From NCBI GenBank assembly GCA_000708835.1, contig DF237084.1, forward strand, positions 115,697 through 179,696: a stretch of DNA of 64,000 bases, written 5' to 3'. This DNA is from Klebsormidium nitens (lineage: Eukaryota > Plantae > Klebsormidiophyceae). Positions 1 through 11,027 of this stretch are shown here, one piece after another; position 1 is the stretch's first letter; every line of letters starts with the position of its first letter. The position numbers and the translations under genes are program-made. The notes beneath the pieces were generated by a model. The model was not told the origin of the DNA and searched no databases. It worked only from the letters and a program-made list of their open reading frames with translations.

Positions 1-3000
1 GGGCTACTGGCGCTGGAGCAAGCAAGCATGGCGGCAGCGCAGCTGCAACAAGGTATGAAGTCATTTGGCGTTATGGTTGATGTAGCAGGAAGGATGCAAA
101 GAATGCGCGACCCAAACTGCTTCTGATCAAGGGCGCTGAGGCCTTGAAGCGAGGTTAGCCGTCGACGCAAAGGGTTTATTTGACCATCTGAAAAGCGCAT
201 CCTGTTGTATTCTTCTGAAAGTAAACTTGAAAGCGAGTCTGGTCGAAATTCAAACGCCGCTTGTCCCCTCACTGCGTTGAGATTCCTGACCGGTTTTCAG
301 AAGTCGACAATATGTAGTACCGCCTTTGTGAAAGGTGGCTCTTCTTCTTGTTGTTTTTGTCCTCAAACTGGTACACACGATTCTGCTCACCAGTGTACTA
401 TCTCCCTTCACTAACTCGGGATCGGGGATGTAAGATGTCTCTTCAATTTAGCAATAGTAAGCTCGAGCAATAGTAAGCTCCCGCACTAACACTAAAAACC
501 TAACCCACAAAATTACCCGCTCCGCACCCGAACCCACCTTAACCACCAGACTAACCCTACCCATCCCAGGCTGGTTAGTTTACTATTGCTAAAGCTTACT
601 AATGCTAAATTGAAGATTCCTGGATGTAAGGGGAATATCAGGTCTGAAAGCTCCTTCACTGAACTGATAATCCTAGTTTTAAACGCTTCTTACCGCAGAG
701 GCGAGCATCGGCGGCGCCAAGAGCGCCAACCGCTTCAAGGACCGCCTGCGTGAGCAGGGCGGCCTCGCCACCATCTGCCACCTGGCGGCCGCCTGCCAGG
801 CCGCCCTGCACGATGACGTCAGCGGCGGCTCCAGTGACGTCACCCGCGGGAACGATGACGTCAGCGGGAGGCCGGCGGCCATGCTGCTCCGGTGCCTGCG
901 GGTGCTGGAGCACGTGACGTACGTGAGTGAAGAGAATCAGCAGCATCTGTTGCAGCTTAGGATTTCGGAACGGGGGGGTGAGATACAAGACGAAAACGGG
1001 GGAAGGGAAGGAGGGGCGGACACGTGCGTGGACGTTGTGCTGGGGTGCATCGAGGCGCTAGGGTTGGGGGGGGAAGCCAGAAAGTTGGGGGGAAGCAAGA
1101 TATTAGGGAAGAGAAGCGAAGTTACGGAACTGAAGGGAAAAGCTGAGGGGAATACAGAGCGTTCAGGGAGCGGAGTCAAAGGAATGAAGAAGGAAACGCT
1201 GGGCAGTGAGCAGAATATCAAGGAATCGAAGCTGGTGGGGAGCGCAGGAGCGAGTTTGAGAACGGACAGCAAAAGAGACGGGGCTAAAACTGGGGAGCCG
1301 AAGAGGGAGGCCGAGGCAGGGGCAGCCAAGCCGCTGGGGAAGTGGCAAAGCGCAGCGAAAGTGAAGCGGGGGGGGAGCAGGACATTCCGAGAAGACGAGG
1401 TGATTCCAGACAGCGATGAAGAGAATGCGTCCGAAAAGGAGAGAAAGGATGCGGAGCCAGGCGTTTCGGGGCAAGGAGAGAAAGGGGAGAGCTCAGGGGG
1501 CGAACGCGTGGCAGGTGCGGAGAGCAGACACGTGGCGGAAGAGCGGAGTATAACGCGAAGAGCGTCTGGGAGGATTGCGAGGGTGGGTTCGGGCGTCCGA
1601 AAGTCTGAGGAAATGGAGGCGATGGACATTGTGCGAGAGAGCGGGGTCGAGTCTGCGGTAGGTTCGGGTGACGTCATGGAAACGTCGAGGGACGTCAGCA
1701 ACCGGAGGAGCGATACTGAAGAGAACCGGCCGCCGATTGTGCGGACTTTCAGCAGAAAGAAGCGGAAAGTGGACAACGGGGGAGTTGAAGAGATGGGGAA
1801 TGGAGGTGGGGGTTCGCAAGGGAATGGTGGAACTAGATCGAAGGGGGACACGGCGTCGCAAATCTCAGACCCGTTCGAATTCGTTGACGAGGAGACTGAG
1901 GGCTCGCAGCAGCTATCGAGTCAAAACAGCGGGCAGTTACGGGAGAAGCGGAAGTTTGCGGAGACAAGCGCGAAAAGGAAGGCCGGCCTAGATGCTCTGA
2001 GTCGAGGGGAAAGTCTAAATCTGCAAAGTAGCCAGGACAAAGGGGAGAATGAGAAGCTGGACAGGAGGTCGTCTTGGAACGGCAAAAGGAAGCTGGGAGC
2101 GAAAGCGGCTTCGCTTAAGAGCGAGCCTCTGGGTGCGTTTGACTTTGAGATTACGGAAGATGATGACGTTCCTGCTTTAGGTGCGGGGTTGGAAAAGCAC
2201 CGAAGAGCTGGAGATTTGAAAGTCAAGCAAGAGACGATCGGAAAACCCGCATTCGACTTCGACGAAGTTGACGAAAAGGCAGCCCCCTCGAGCCAAGCAG
2301 CAGAGCCCCTTAGGAGAGCGAGCAGTTCCGGACGCAGGTTAGCCCGGGTTAGGGAGGAGGTCAAGGCTAACCCAGCCCTAGAGCGGAAGAACTCTAGAGG
2401 AGTCCGGAACGAAGCGTCCGCCGGAACGCGAGCGAAGGAAGAGCCTGCCCTTCGAGAAAAGACGGCAGCGAGGGCGGCGTTTTCATTTAACCCGATTGCA
2501 GAGAAGCGGGAACGGAAGGGTTTGAACGCATCTAGGGGTTTCGACGCAAATGACGAACCGGATCTGGTTGAGATGAAAGAGAAAGTAAAGGGCCCAAGGC
2601 GAGACCTGCGCCAAGCACTGGACAAAGGGCTGGTGACGGAGTGCCTCGTGACCTCGGTAAAGGTGAGGGTTTTGCTTTTCCTGATATGCATTTCCTGCAG
2701 ATATGTTCGCACTTACCATCGGCTTGTTCAATTATGTCTGTCCGGGGCAGGTTTCTTTGGAATACTTCCAGCGTGCCTTCTGTTGGAGCATCGCCGGTCG
2801 CTGTCAATCGATGTCATCTCCGCTGTTTCTGCGAGATTATGTGCTATCAACAAAAGCATGATAATTCTGCTCTGGAAACTCACACACGTCTGTCACATGG
2901 CCCAGACCTCAGCCTTTCATCACGCATGCATCGCCTCCGCATGGTGCGATTGAATTGTTTCTTAACGCTCTCTGCTTTTGCAGGTGCTCATGAACCTGAC

Positions 3001-5677
3001 GAACGACAACGCGGACGGATGCCGGCAGATCGCGGCGGCGGGAGGCCTGCATTCAGTCGCGTCTCTTCTGGTCTCTCGCTGCCCGCCCCTTAGGACCGGA
3101 CATCGCGCTTCGGTTGCAAACGGAGACTCTACCGGAGGTAGTTTGGAAACCTTGGCGTCTGGTGAGGAAAAGGTACAGGGGAGAAACCTCAAGACGGGGG
3201 CCCGAAAGAACGGAAAGGGGAACGCGGGGGATGCTGACCGACAGCTGGCGCCGGAGTTGAGGTTCGAGGGGGGTTCCGAGGCGGCTCTGATTGGTGCGGC
3301 GCTTCCCAACACGACCCCGGAGGGGGGTGACGTCAGCAGCACGGCCCCGCGGAATGGGCGGGCCACGCAGGGGGCGGCGAAATTAAATGCTTCGGTTGAT
3401 GACGTCAGCAAACATGATGACGTCAGCATGGGCAGCGGGAACGGGGCGGGGCGAGAGATCGTAGCGATTGGGGAGGGGCCGTCCGAAGACCTGGACCTGG
3501 TGACGGTTGTGCTGGCGCTGCTGATCAATCTGGTGGAGAAAGACCGGAAAAACCGGGCCGCGCTGGCGGCTCTAGAGTTCCCCCGGGGAAGGGGGCAGGC
3601 TGGGGAACCTCTAGAGGGGGCGGGGATGGTCACGTTCCTGTGCGCGCTGTTTTTGAGCAAGAAGGGCGCGGGCGCCAAGGCGGAGTCGGTGGAGAACCAA
3701 ATGGCTGCTTTTGAGGTACGATATTCACACGTTCGTAAAAGGTTTTGGTTAGCATGGTCTAAAAGCTTAGAGAGGGCGCTGGACAGCGTTCCAGATCTGT
3801 GCCGGTTTGTGATGTAGAATGCGCGTCAGGTATTTGTAAGAGTGTACCAGGAATTAGATGCGGTTCACGCTACGGCTAGGGTGATTATTTTGCCGCGACG
3901 CTGCTAAGCAGAGTGCACGGACTCATCCATACTGAAATCAGTTCGCAACGCCGAATCCTCGAGCTGCCAGGTTTTGCATTAACTGAAGGACGTCCAAGAC
4001 CGGGAAAGCACTGTGTTGACGCAAAGAACCTTTCAAAAGTTATTCCGTCCCATAGCTTCTGTTTCCTTCGTTGCTTAGCTAGCACTTCTTCGACCCGCAG
4101 GCCACTTGGCATGGTTACCAAAAACCAAGGGTTCCGTTGCCTTATCGTTCCGGTTCCGCTCCTGCAGATGGATGACGAGACGCGCCTGCTCGAGGGGCAG
4201 CGCGAGGCGGAGGACATGATCGTGGAAGCGTATGCGGCGCTGCTCCTCGCGCTGCTCGCAAAGGATGAGTAAGTTACTTTTCGCGAATTTAAAAGGTATC
4301 CTTAAAGTCTTTCTGAGATTTCGTTTTCGAGCTCTTTTCAGTCTGTTTCTGGTGTTGTTTGGGTCTTTTCGGCGGGTTTAACTATTTTTGCGGATTTGTG
4401 GTCTGATCATTCGTTTACAGTTGACGGAGGGCTGCCGGGGCTCTCCAGGACTGAACTCACATGGGCGTTGAAAGCCCCCTCGGACCTTTACCTGGAAGTA
4501 TTTGCGGCGCTGCTCCTTGCGCTGCTCGCAAAAGAGATACTTAGAACCTCCCTGAAGTGCGACTCTCCGCCTAGTCGGCTGCCAATCGTTCTCAACAATA
4601 AACTCGCTGAGGAACATTCGCCCGAGCTCTTCGGCAAGCGGCCACTTCCTATTTCCTGGTTGCACAAGAGGAAGCACAAGTATGAGCGACAGGAAGCACA
4701 AGTCTGAGCTGTTTTGGCGCTTGAAAGCAAATCCAAGCTGAGACCATAAGGCTGGCGTCCGGATAATGACAAATCATGACATCAACCCTCCGTCCGTGCC
4801 TGGTCACGATTTGGGAACGAGAGGCCTTCACAACTAGTACCCGGTTACTCCCTGCGACTGTTGGGATAGTTCAGGGGTGTGTGGTGACTTAGAAAGCCGA
4901 ACGTGTCGAATCCGCCTTGTTGTCCCTGCTGCTTATCGAAGTTGTGATTAGAGACGGCTTCTTGTGGCACGTGCAGTTTAAGGGCGAGGACGACAGTCGC
5001 GGAGAGCCTGCCAGAAGGCGACGCATCGTCTCTGGTGCCTGTTCTCGAACGATTCATGGTGAGACCCGCTCCGTTTCTGTTTCAATCGGTTGTGGAAAGC
5101 GCTGTTTTACGTTCATCGAAGGTTTCGGCTCCAAGCTTGGGGAAACGCCCTTGTAGACGAGTGCAGCAAGTAAAGTCTAGCGGCCCGGCCGTGTCATCCT
5201 TCGACGATTTGAAGCTATGCAGATTCAACGTTCCTTTTGCTATGTGCCGTCTGACTCCATCAGGTCGACGCAATACTTTTCGGGACCAAGACAATAGGCC
5301 TTTCGGTCTAAAAGTTCTGCAATGCGCATCTTCCCTCCGGCAGTGCTCTTGACGTGCACGTCTCCGGCAAGCTCGTGATTACAAGTAGCCAGGATCTGTC
5401 CATAGGAAGCATCTCCCCTCAGCGCCTCCTGAGTCGAACCATTCAGTCCTGCAATTTTTCAAGTTAGAGGGGTCATTGAACTCATTCACCACTTTGACGG
5501 CTCGTCGATGTTGGTCTTCAATTTAAAAGACTCTTCACAGATAAGATATCAATCGCACATCTCTTTTGACTAGTGCAGAACTTCCACCTGCGCATGAACT
5601 CGATTACAAGGGAGGCCCACGAGGCGTTGCTGGACCTTATCGGGTCCTGTAAGCAACAAGAGAGACCGCCCGCCTAA
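1..5677 (+). CDS. WAPL: Wings apart-like cohesin release factor, 5'-partial; exons <1-52, 699-2662, 2984-3715, 4168-4268, 4977-5058, 5579-5677
   Basis: The spliced translation carries WAPL-domain motifs FKDRLREQGGLATIC, CLVTSVK|VLMNLTNDN, VVLALLINLVEKD, EDMIVEAYAALLLALL, LVPVLERFM|NFHLRMNSI...LIGSC. All junctions are GT-AG with matching phase. Confidence 0.9.
435..621. mobile_element. 187-bp MITE (element A) in WAPL intron, 9-bp target duplication, Mutator-like
   Basis: 24-bp inverted repeat TCTTCAATTTAGCAATAGTAAGCT (440-463) vs 593-616 with 1 mismatch, internally repeated subterminal AGCAATAGTAA units, and a flanking direct repeat GGATGTAAG at 426-434 and 622-630. Confidence 0.85.
4492..4536 (+). 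repeat. Degenerate intronic copy of the 3' end of WAPL exon 4168-4268
   Basis: CTGGAAGTATTTGCGGCGCTGCTCCTTGCGCTGCTCGCAAAAGAG aligns to 4222-4266 GTGGAAGCGTATGCGGCGCTGCTCCTCGCGCTGCTCGCAAAGGAT. The GTAAGT donor is absent from the copy. Confidence 0.8.
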
Positions 5678-6549
5678 GGCTTGCGCAGATCAGAATATTG
5701 ATGATGAGCGACCACTGGCCGTGCCTCTTGCACAGAGCTCGAGACTGCAGTGCTTTGCTACAGCAGGCTGTCTTATCTGCGCTTTATCAAAAGTGGAATG
5801 TCCAGCCGAGATATCGACAGTCGTCTGATGACTTTGCCTGTCCTACTATCCGAATTCAGGAGTTTGCTTTGCGTCCACAGCAAGTGGGAATGACGTCAGA
5901 CATGTCCGACTGTACGAGCGGGCGCCAACATTGTGGTTGCCAGGTCTTTGATGTGGCCGGCCATGATGTTTCAGAAAGTAGCCGTCGGTTTCTGTCGATC
6001 GACGTTTTGCAATAAGATGCATGCGTTAGGTTCATTGGATTCGAGCATCCATTTCATTCATATAAAATGCTGTCTCATGCTCCCATAATTGTAAAATAAG
6101 ACGCAAGATTCCTTGATGTTGGGCGGATGCCTCTCGACTATATGCCTAATGCTTCGCGATTATTGCGTATAGATTAAGAATTGGCATAAATGAGCTTCTA
6201 ATTGTTGTCACCATTGCCGCCTATAGGCACTGCGTATAGATCTTCATATGGTGGAGTCACAAGTTACGGAATTGAGAGATCCAACTAGACGCGGTTCTCC
6301 GATCCCGCGGTCGGAGAAGAAGATTTGTGACTGATTGGGACGAGATTGAACGTCGGGAAACCTTACAATGAAGTTGCGCAGGATGCAATCCCTCGCCAAA
6401 CTACAGACTTGAAACACGCCGGAAGCTTAGAGGCCTCTCTAATATTAAAACCAGTCAACGTTCCTACAAGCGACCCACTTAACGTTATCAGACAGTATGT
6501 ATTGGCAGCAGGGTGCACGTCGTTGTCTCACCAACCTTGTAAAGGGCTT

Positions 6550-7861
6550 TCAATTGCCTCCTCTTGTCATGGAATAGCCTTTTCCCTGTGCCAATCTCGG
6601 GTCCTCAAAGGTGCCTTGTCGATCAGACCCATCTGCGAAGCACGCATTAGAGGTAGAAATCGAGGTCCTCATACTCACCGGGTACTTGACGGCGTCATAA
6701 TGAGGGGAGACTGTCTCGTGGGCCACAGCGAGCCCGACTTCCACAGCAAAACCTTGCACCTCGCCGCACGGCGGATCCCAAGATAGTAATGTCGCCACAC
6801 GCTCGAGCGAGTCTCCAGCCACTGCACCGGTGTTTGGATTCCTGTAATAACAACTCAAGCGCATCACCGCATGGACGAACCGCAAGGATACCGGTAACTC
6901 TCGTGTGACCTAACGGGCGTGTGACCTAAGCTACGAGCTACCCGGGTACTTCAAACAAAAACAAACCTAACCTAGATAATCACCCGCTCCGCACCCCAAC
7001 CACCATACCAACCCCACCCGTCCCCCGGGTGCCCATCTTAGGTCACATGGCTTTTAGGTGACACGAGAGTTATCGGAGTACCGCAAGGCCCTACCAGACG
7101 CGTCCTTCACATTTGTGGAAGCTTCGCCGCGCAGATGGTATGGCAGCCCTTCCTCCTGAGTGCTCGAAACCATGAGCATCGGGTCGACGCCTTGGTCTTT
7201 CATGGTCACGGGCTCCCCGTCCAGCAGGATCTGCACCTTTCCATCCGCCTTGCGCATCAGCTTCCAGGAGAGGGCCACAACGTCATGCTGACGCAGCTTG
7301 AACCGCTCCGGGACCGTTTCGTCGAAGTGCTTCTCGTGAGGGTTTCTATCGACCATTTTTACTGCATAACTAAACAGCTTTTCTTCGGTCGCCTTGGAAC
7401 TTTGAGTCCAGCTCGCTGCAATCCGCCGAACAAGATAAGTATCCCTCTCCCTTGACATACACATCCATCAGCATGACGTAATCCGAAAGTTGCTTCGTCT
7501 TCAGCCACAGTGGAATTGAAACACATGGCCAAACGCATACCCATGGCCATGCGCAGCTCAGCGTTGAGCTCCATGCTTGCTTCCCCAGCCAAAGGCACCT
7601 TTTTGGCGCCAGCTTCACAAACAGGTCCTTGTAAGTAGTGCCGGCAAACTTTTCTGTGCTTGCACCATAGAATCTGCAGACCAGGTCTCGTGCTGGAGAC
7701 GTCTTCAGAGAGGGGCATGCAAGCTCGCACCAGTCTTTCCAGACAAAGCTTTTTTTCACCAGTCCGTTGAGCGTTTTCGAAACCGCTGTCAGCTTGCAAG
7801 CTGAGTCCGGTGTAAGGAAACCCAACAGATGGTCGAAAAGATGCGCTTGAAGAGCCTCCAT
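6550..7861 (-). pseudogene. Plant-type F-box protein pseudogene (frameshift near 7370-7420 plus MITE insertion at 6888-7079)
   Basis: N-terminal F-box (LQAHLFDHLLGFLTPDSACKLTAVSKTLNGLVKKSFVWKDWCELACPSL). The frame stops at 7370 while another frame (7464-7080) continues. Removing the MITE and one target duplication fuses ...SGRALR to FVHAVMRLSC... (ORF 6550-6885) in frame. Confidence 0.7.
6888..7079. mobile_element. 192-bp MITE (element B), 9-bp target duplication, Mutator-like
   Basis: Inverted repeat CCGGTAACTCTCGTGTGACCTAA (6891-6913) vs 7054-7076 with 2 mismatches, a duplicated GTGTGACCTAA subterminal unit, and a direct repeat ACCGCAAGG at 6879-6887 and 7080-7088. Excision restores an open frame. 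Confidence 0.9.
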
Positions 7862-8326
7862 CTTGAGAGCGTGAGTTGCGAAAGAGAAAGTTTGTTCACC
7901 CAGACTCTCTCAGCAGGCTTTGAGAAGATGAGCTCAGCCACGCGCCGCGCCGCGACAGAGGCCAAGATGTGACGATTTTGTGACGATTTTGTCGTCATCA
8001 TCGTCATCATCCGTGCAGAGACCTGTGGTATGCAGGTCGAAGTACTAGTCTCATATCAATTCTCGTGCTGCCGCGCGGCCGCGTGCGGTGTGATCTGATA
8101 ATCTGACGTCTTAGAGAGGTTCTGAAAGGGTTTTGAAGGCAACGGAGTCGCGGCCGCGGTCGGCCGCGGTCTTCGATACCGTCGGATTCCCTTCGAGGCT
8201 TTGAGAGACAAACAAAAAGAAGATGGCTTGGCGCTACAAAAAATTTGCAACATAAAACAGAAGTCCTTTCACGTTCTTAGTCCAGCGATCGCTAGAGTTG
8301 AAGAGCTTGTGAATCTAGCGGGGGAG

Positions 8327-9709
8327 ATGGCGAAGACCAGAAGAACAAGGAAGAAGCGCGGAGAAACTTCGAAACCGTCTCCTATACAATGTCTCCCATC
8401 GGAAGTTCTCACTCTGATCTTGACAAAGGCCCGTTTCAACCTCAAGGAGCTGCTGCAGATTGCGACAATAGGCAAAGCATTCCGAGAGGCAGTCAGAGGA
8501 GTTACTGATGCGAAGATGGATATTGACTGCATGACTTGCGCAAGCAGTGAGGATTGCGAACCAACCAAAGCGTATGCTCGCTTCCTCGTGCATTCTCAGA
8601 TCAAAGCACTGCAACTCAAGATTGAAGGCCGCACGTGTAAGAAGTGCAGGAACTTAGGACACAGCATTCATCCATCCAGATTCTTTCCAAGTAAATGGAT
8701 CAAGTCTTTGAAGGACAGTCTCGAATCATTCTCCTTTCAGGACCCGCATGCCATCAAGATTGGGCCCGGGTTTAGCGTAGATTATGACGACGATGAGCTC
8801 ACTTTCACTGATCTGATGTTAGACTCTTTATCTGCTTGTGGCAACCTGAACCGGCTACAACTGAGCACTCGGAGAATTGTCCGCTCTCGAAGATGCTGGG
8901 GAAAGTTTTCGGTTCCTAGCAACCTGCAAGAGTTGAAGCTTCATAATTGCTTTGGAAGTGAGTTTCTGGAGGTGCTGAAGACGTGTAGCTTGCCTGGAGT
9001 GTGTCCCCTTCTGAAGGAACTCTTCTTAGCCGGAGGAATGGAAGGAGAGCTATGCTTGGATTTCGGGCCTCTGGAGGTCCTGAACCTCCGCTTAGCTTCT
9101 CGTGCAGAGCCGTTAAGCATCACCTTTAGATCGACACCAAATTTGCAGCACCTATCAATCTTCTACGAGAAGGATTTCTGGTTTCGCCATAACCTGGAAG
9201 ATAGACCTAGCCTACTCGTCGAGCGGGACTTTGTTTCACTGACAGTTGTCGAGCTGAGAAACGTTTCCTGGGAGCAAACAATCCTTCTGCTAAGACGCTG
9301 CCCCAACTTGAGAATTCTCAAAGTAGATCAGTGGCTGCAAGGACCGACAGATCTGGCAACTATCTTCCAGCAGCTGGCGACGTCAAACCCTGTTCTGGAG
9401 TCACTCCAAATCGAGACAGCATGGCTGCCCCAAAGTGAGCTGGTAGAGCAAAGACCTCGGTTGACGTATCTCCGAGATCTTCGAATCAGCAGACTCGAGA
9501 TTTTCAACCTCCTGGAAGCCGCGGAGAGTCTGGAAGACCTTCTTCCGAGCTGTCCACTCCTCAAACTGGTTACAATTGAGGTCTTTACCTCTTTAGATTC
9601 AGATAACAAAGCGGAAACGGACGGCCTGATAGAGTCCATGAACAGCTTCTTTGTATTGCAGAGGGAGTTTCCAGAAGTGGTGTTCCAGCTTGAGAAGATC
9701 GATTGCTGA
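8327..9709 (+). CDS. Intronless F-box/LRR (RNI-like) protein
   Basis: The open frame runs from 8201 and the first ATG is at 8327. F-box IQCLPSEVLTLILTKARFNLKELLQIATIGKAFREAV is followed by LxxLxL repeats (LQELKL, LKELFL, LQHLSI, LRILKV, LRDLRI). Confidence 0.85.
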   Translation: MAKTRRTRKKRGETSKPSPIQCLPSEVLTLILTKARFNLKELLQIATIGKAFREAVRGVTDAKMDIDCMTCASSEDCEPTKAYARFLVHSQIKALQLKIEGRTCKKCRNLGHSIHPSRFFPSKWIKSLKDSLESFSFQDPHAIKIGPGFSVDYDDDELTFTDLMLDSLSACGNLNRLQLSTRRIVRSRRCWGKFSVPSNLQELKLHNCFGSEFLEVLKTCSLPGVCPLLKELFLAGGMEGELCLDFGPLEVLNLRLASRAEPLSITFRSTPNLQHLSIFYEKDFWFRHNLEDRPSLLVERDFVSLTVVELRNVSWEQTILLLRRCPNLRILKVDQWLQGPTDLATIFQQLATSNPVLESLQIETAWLPQSELVEQRPRLTYLRDLRISRLEIFNLLEAAESLEDLLPSCPLLKLVTIEVFTSLDSDNKAETDGLIESMNSFFVLQREFPEVVFQLEKIDC

Positions 9710-11027
9710 CAGATCTGGCCCTGAAGTCAATCTCTGCGCACAGTGATGACTCTGGACACTTTGTAAAATGTAGACCTGCAAAGACTCCACAGCCGCCGTC
9801 TTCGAAGCTTGAAAGTCTCAGTTATCAGATTGGAAGTTTCTTCCTTGTCAACTCTGCAACCTTAGCCACCCGCGTTGGCGAGTTTGTCTCTACATGTGGC
9901 ATACACTTCTGTATTTGTTTTGGCTGTGCTGAGAATGAATCAAAGTATACAATGCACAGCTATTTCGAAATATCAGCGGACCAAATGATGGAGTTCATTT
10001 GGGACAAACGAACTCCATGATGCATGCCTTAGCGGCCGCCGGGCCGGTGTATCTGCTCAGATGGGGCACGGTAGGAATGTCCAGCAACGTGACTCGTTCG
10101 AAAGGCCGATTGTGCAATTGATGCCGCAACTTCTTCGAGCCGGTTCCAAACCACAACTTATTGTAAATGAGTTGCATCGACCAACTAAGAGGTGCTTCGG
10201 GCCAGCTTTTGCTTAAGTGGCAGGTGTTACGAAATGATCATTGAGAGTGAGTTGGCTTCAATTTAGCACATGCGCGTTCCACCACAGCGCATGGCATCAT
10301 TCAGACAGCTAGCCGGCCCGTCGAACTTTGCTATCAGCTGGGTGGCGATGCATCAGCTACCTCATGATCGCCATCAAAAACCATCATCGGATCTCTAGCT
10401 GCATGTACGTACCACATGGACTAAGCTACTGTAGAGACTAGCAACCGTGTTTTTCGCGTGGCATTTACACAAATGGTTAGGCTCGAGCTAATATGAAGCT
10501 CCTTTCTCAAGTTTTATTCACGTGACGCGTCTTGCATGGCTACAATTAACAGATTGCAACACATTGGCCGGCCGACTTGGCTAAGTCAAAATGCGACTTT
10601 TTTTACGTCTCGCGACTAATTATTGAGTTGCGGCTTTGATGAAGTAGATTTGATTGTTCATGCATGATGGGCATGATCTACACAACACGGCTCACATACA
10701 ACTTGGACCATCAAGTTTTGTAAGGATGTTTGCCTCGATCCTCCGAGTAGAGCTCAATAAACATTTGCGTCGAAAATGAAAAGCAGACTCTGGAATCTAG
10801 GTGTACTTCATACTAGTCAATCCGCGTGCACCTTCAGCGTAGGACGTGGCACTGGTCATTCCAGTTTCCACATCCGCAAGCCTGTTTTATCTCCAATCTA
10901 TTTACAAATGATTGCGCGTCAACTTCGCGAGCAACTTCATTTCTGCTCTACCTTATCCACCTGACCAAAAGGCCGACCGACCCATCTGATTGTAAGCATG
11001 TGCGAGCCCGTACAACCGTGACAGTGC

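Noticed and set aside
490-510. AAAACCTAACCC as telomeric repeat
   Set aside because: It is a single imperfect unit inside MITE A, not an array.
937-2712. Long minus-strand ORFs (304 and 263 aa)
   Set aside because: They are Ser/Pro/Phe-rich antisense shadows of the purine-rich WAPL exon.
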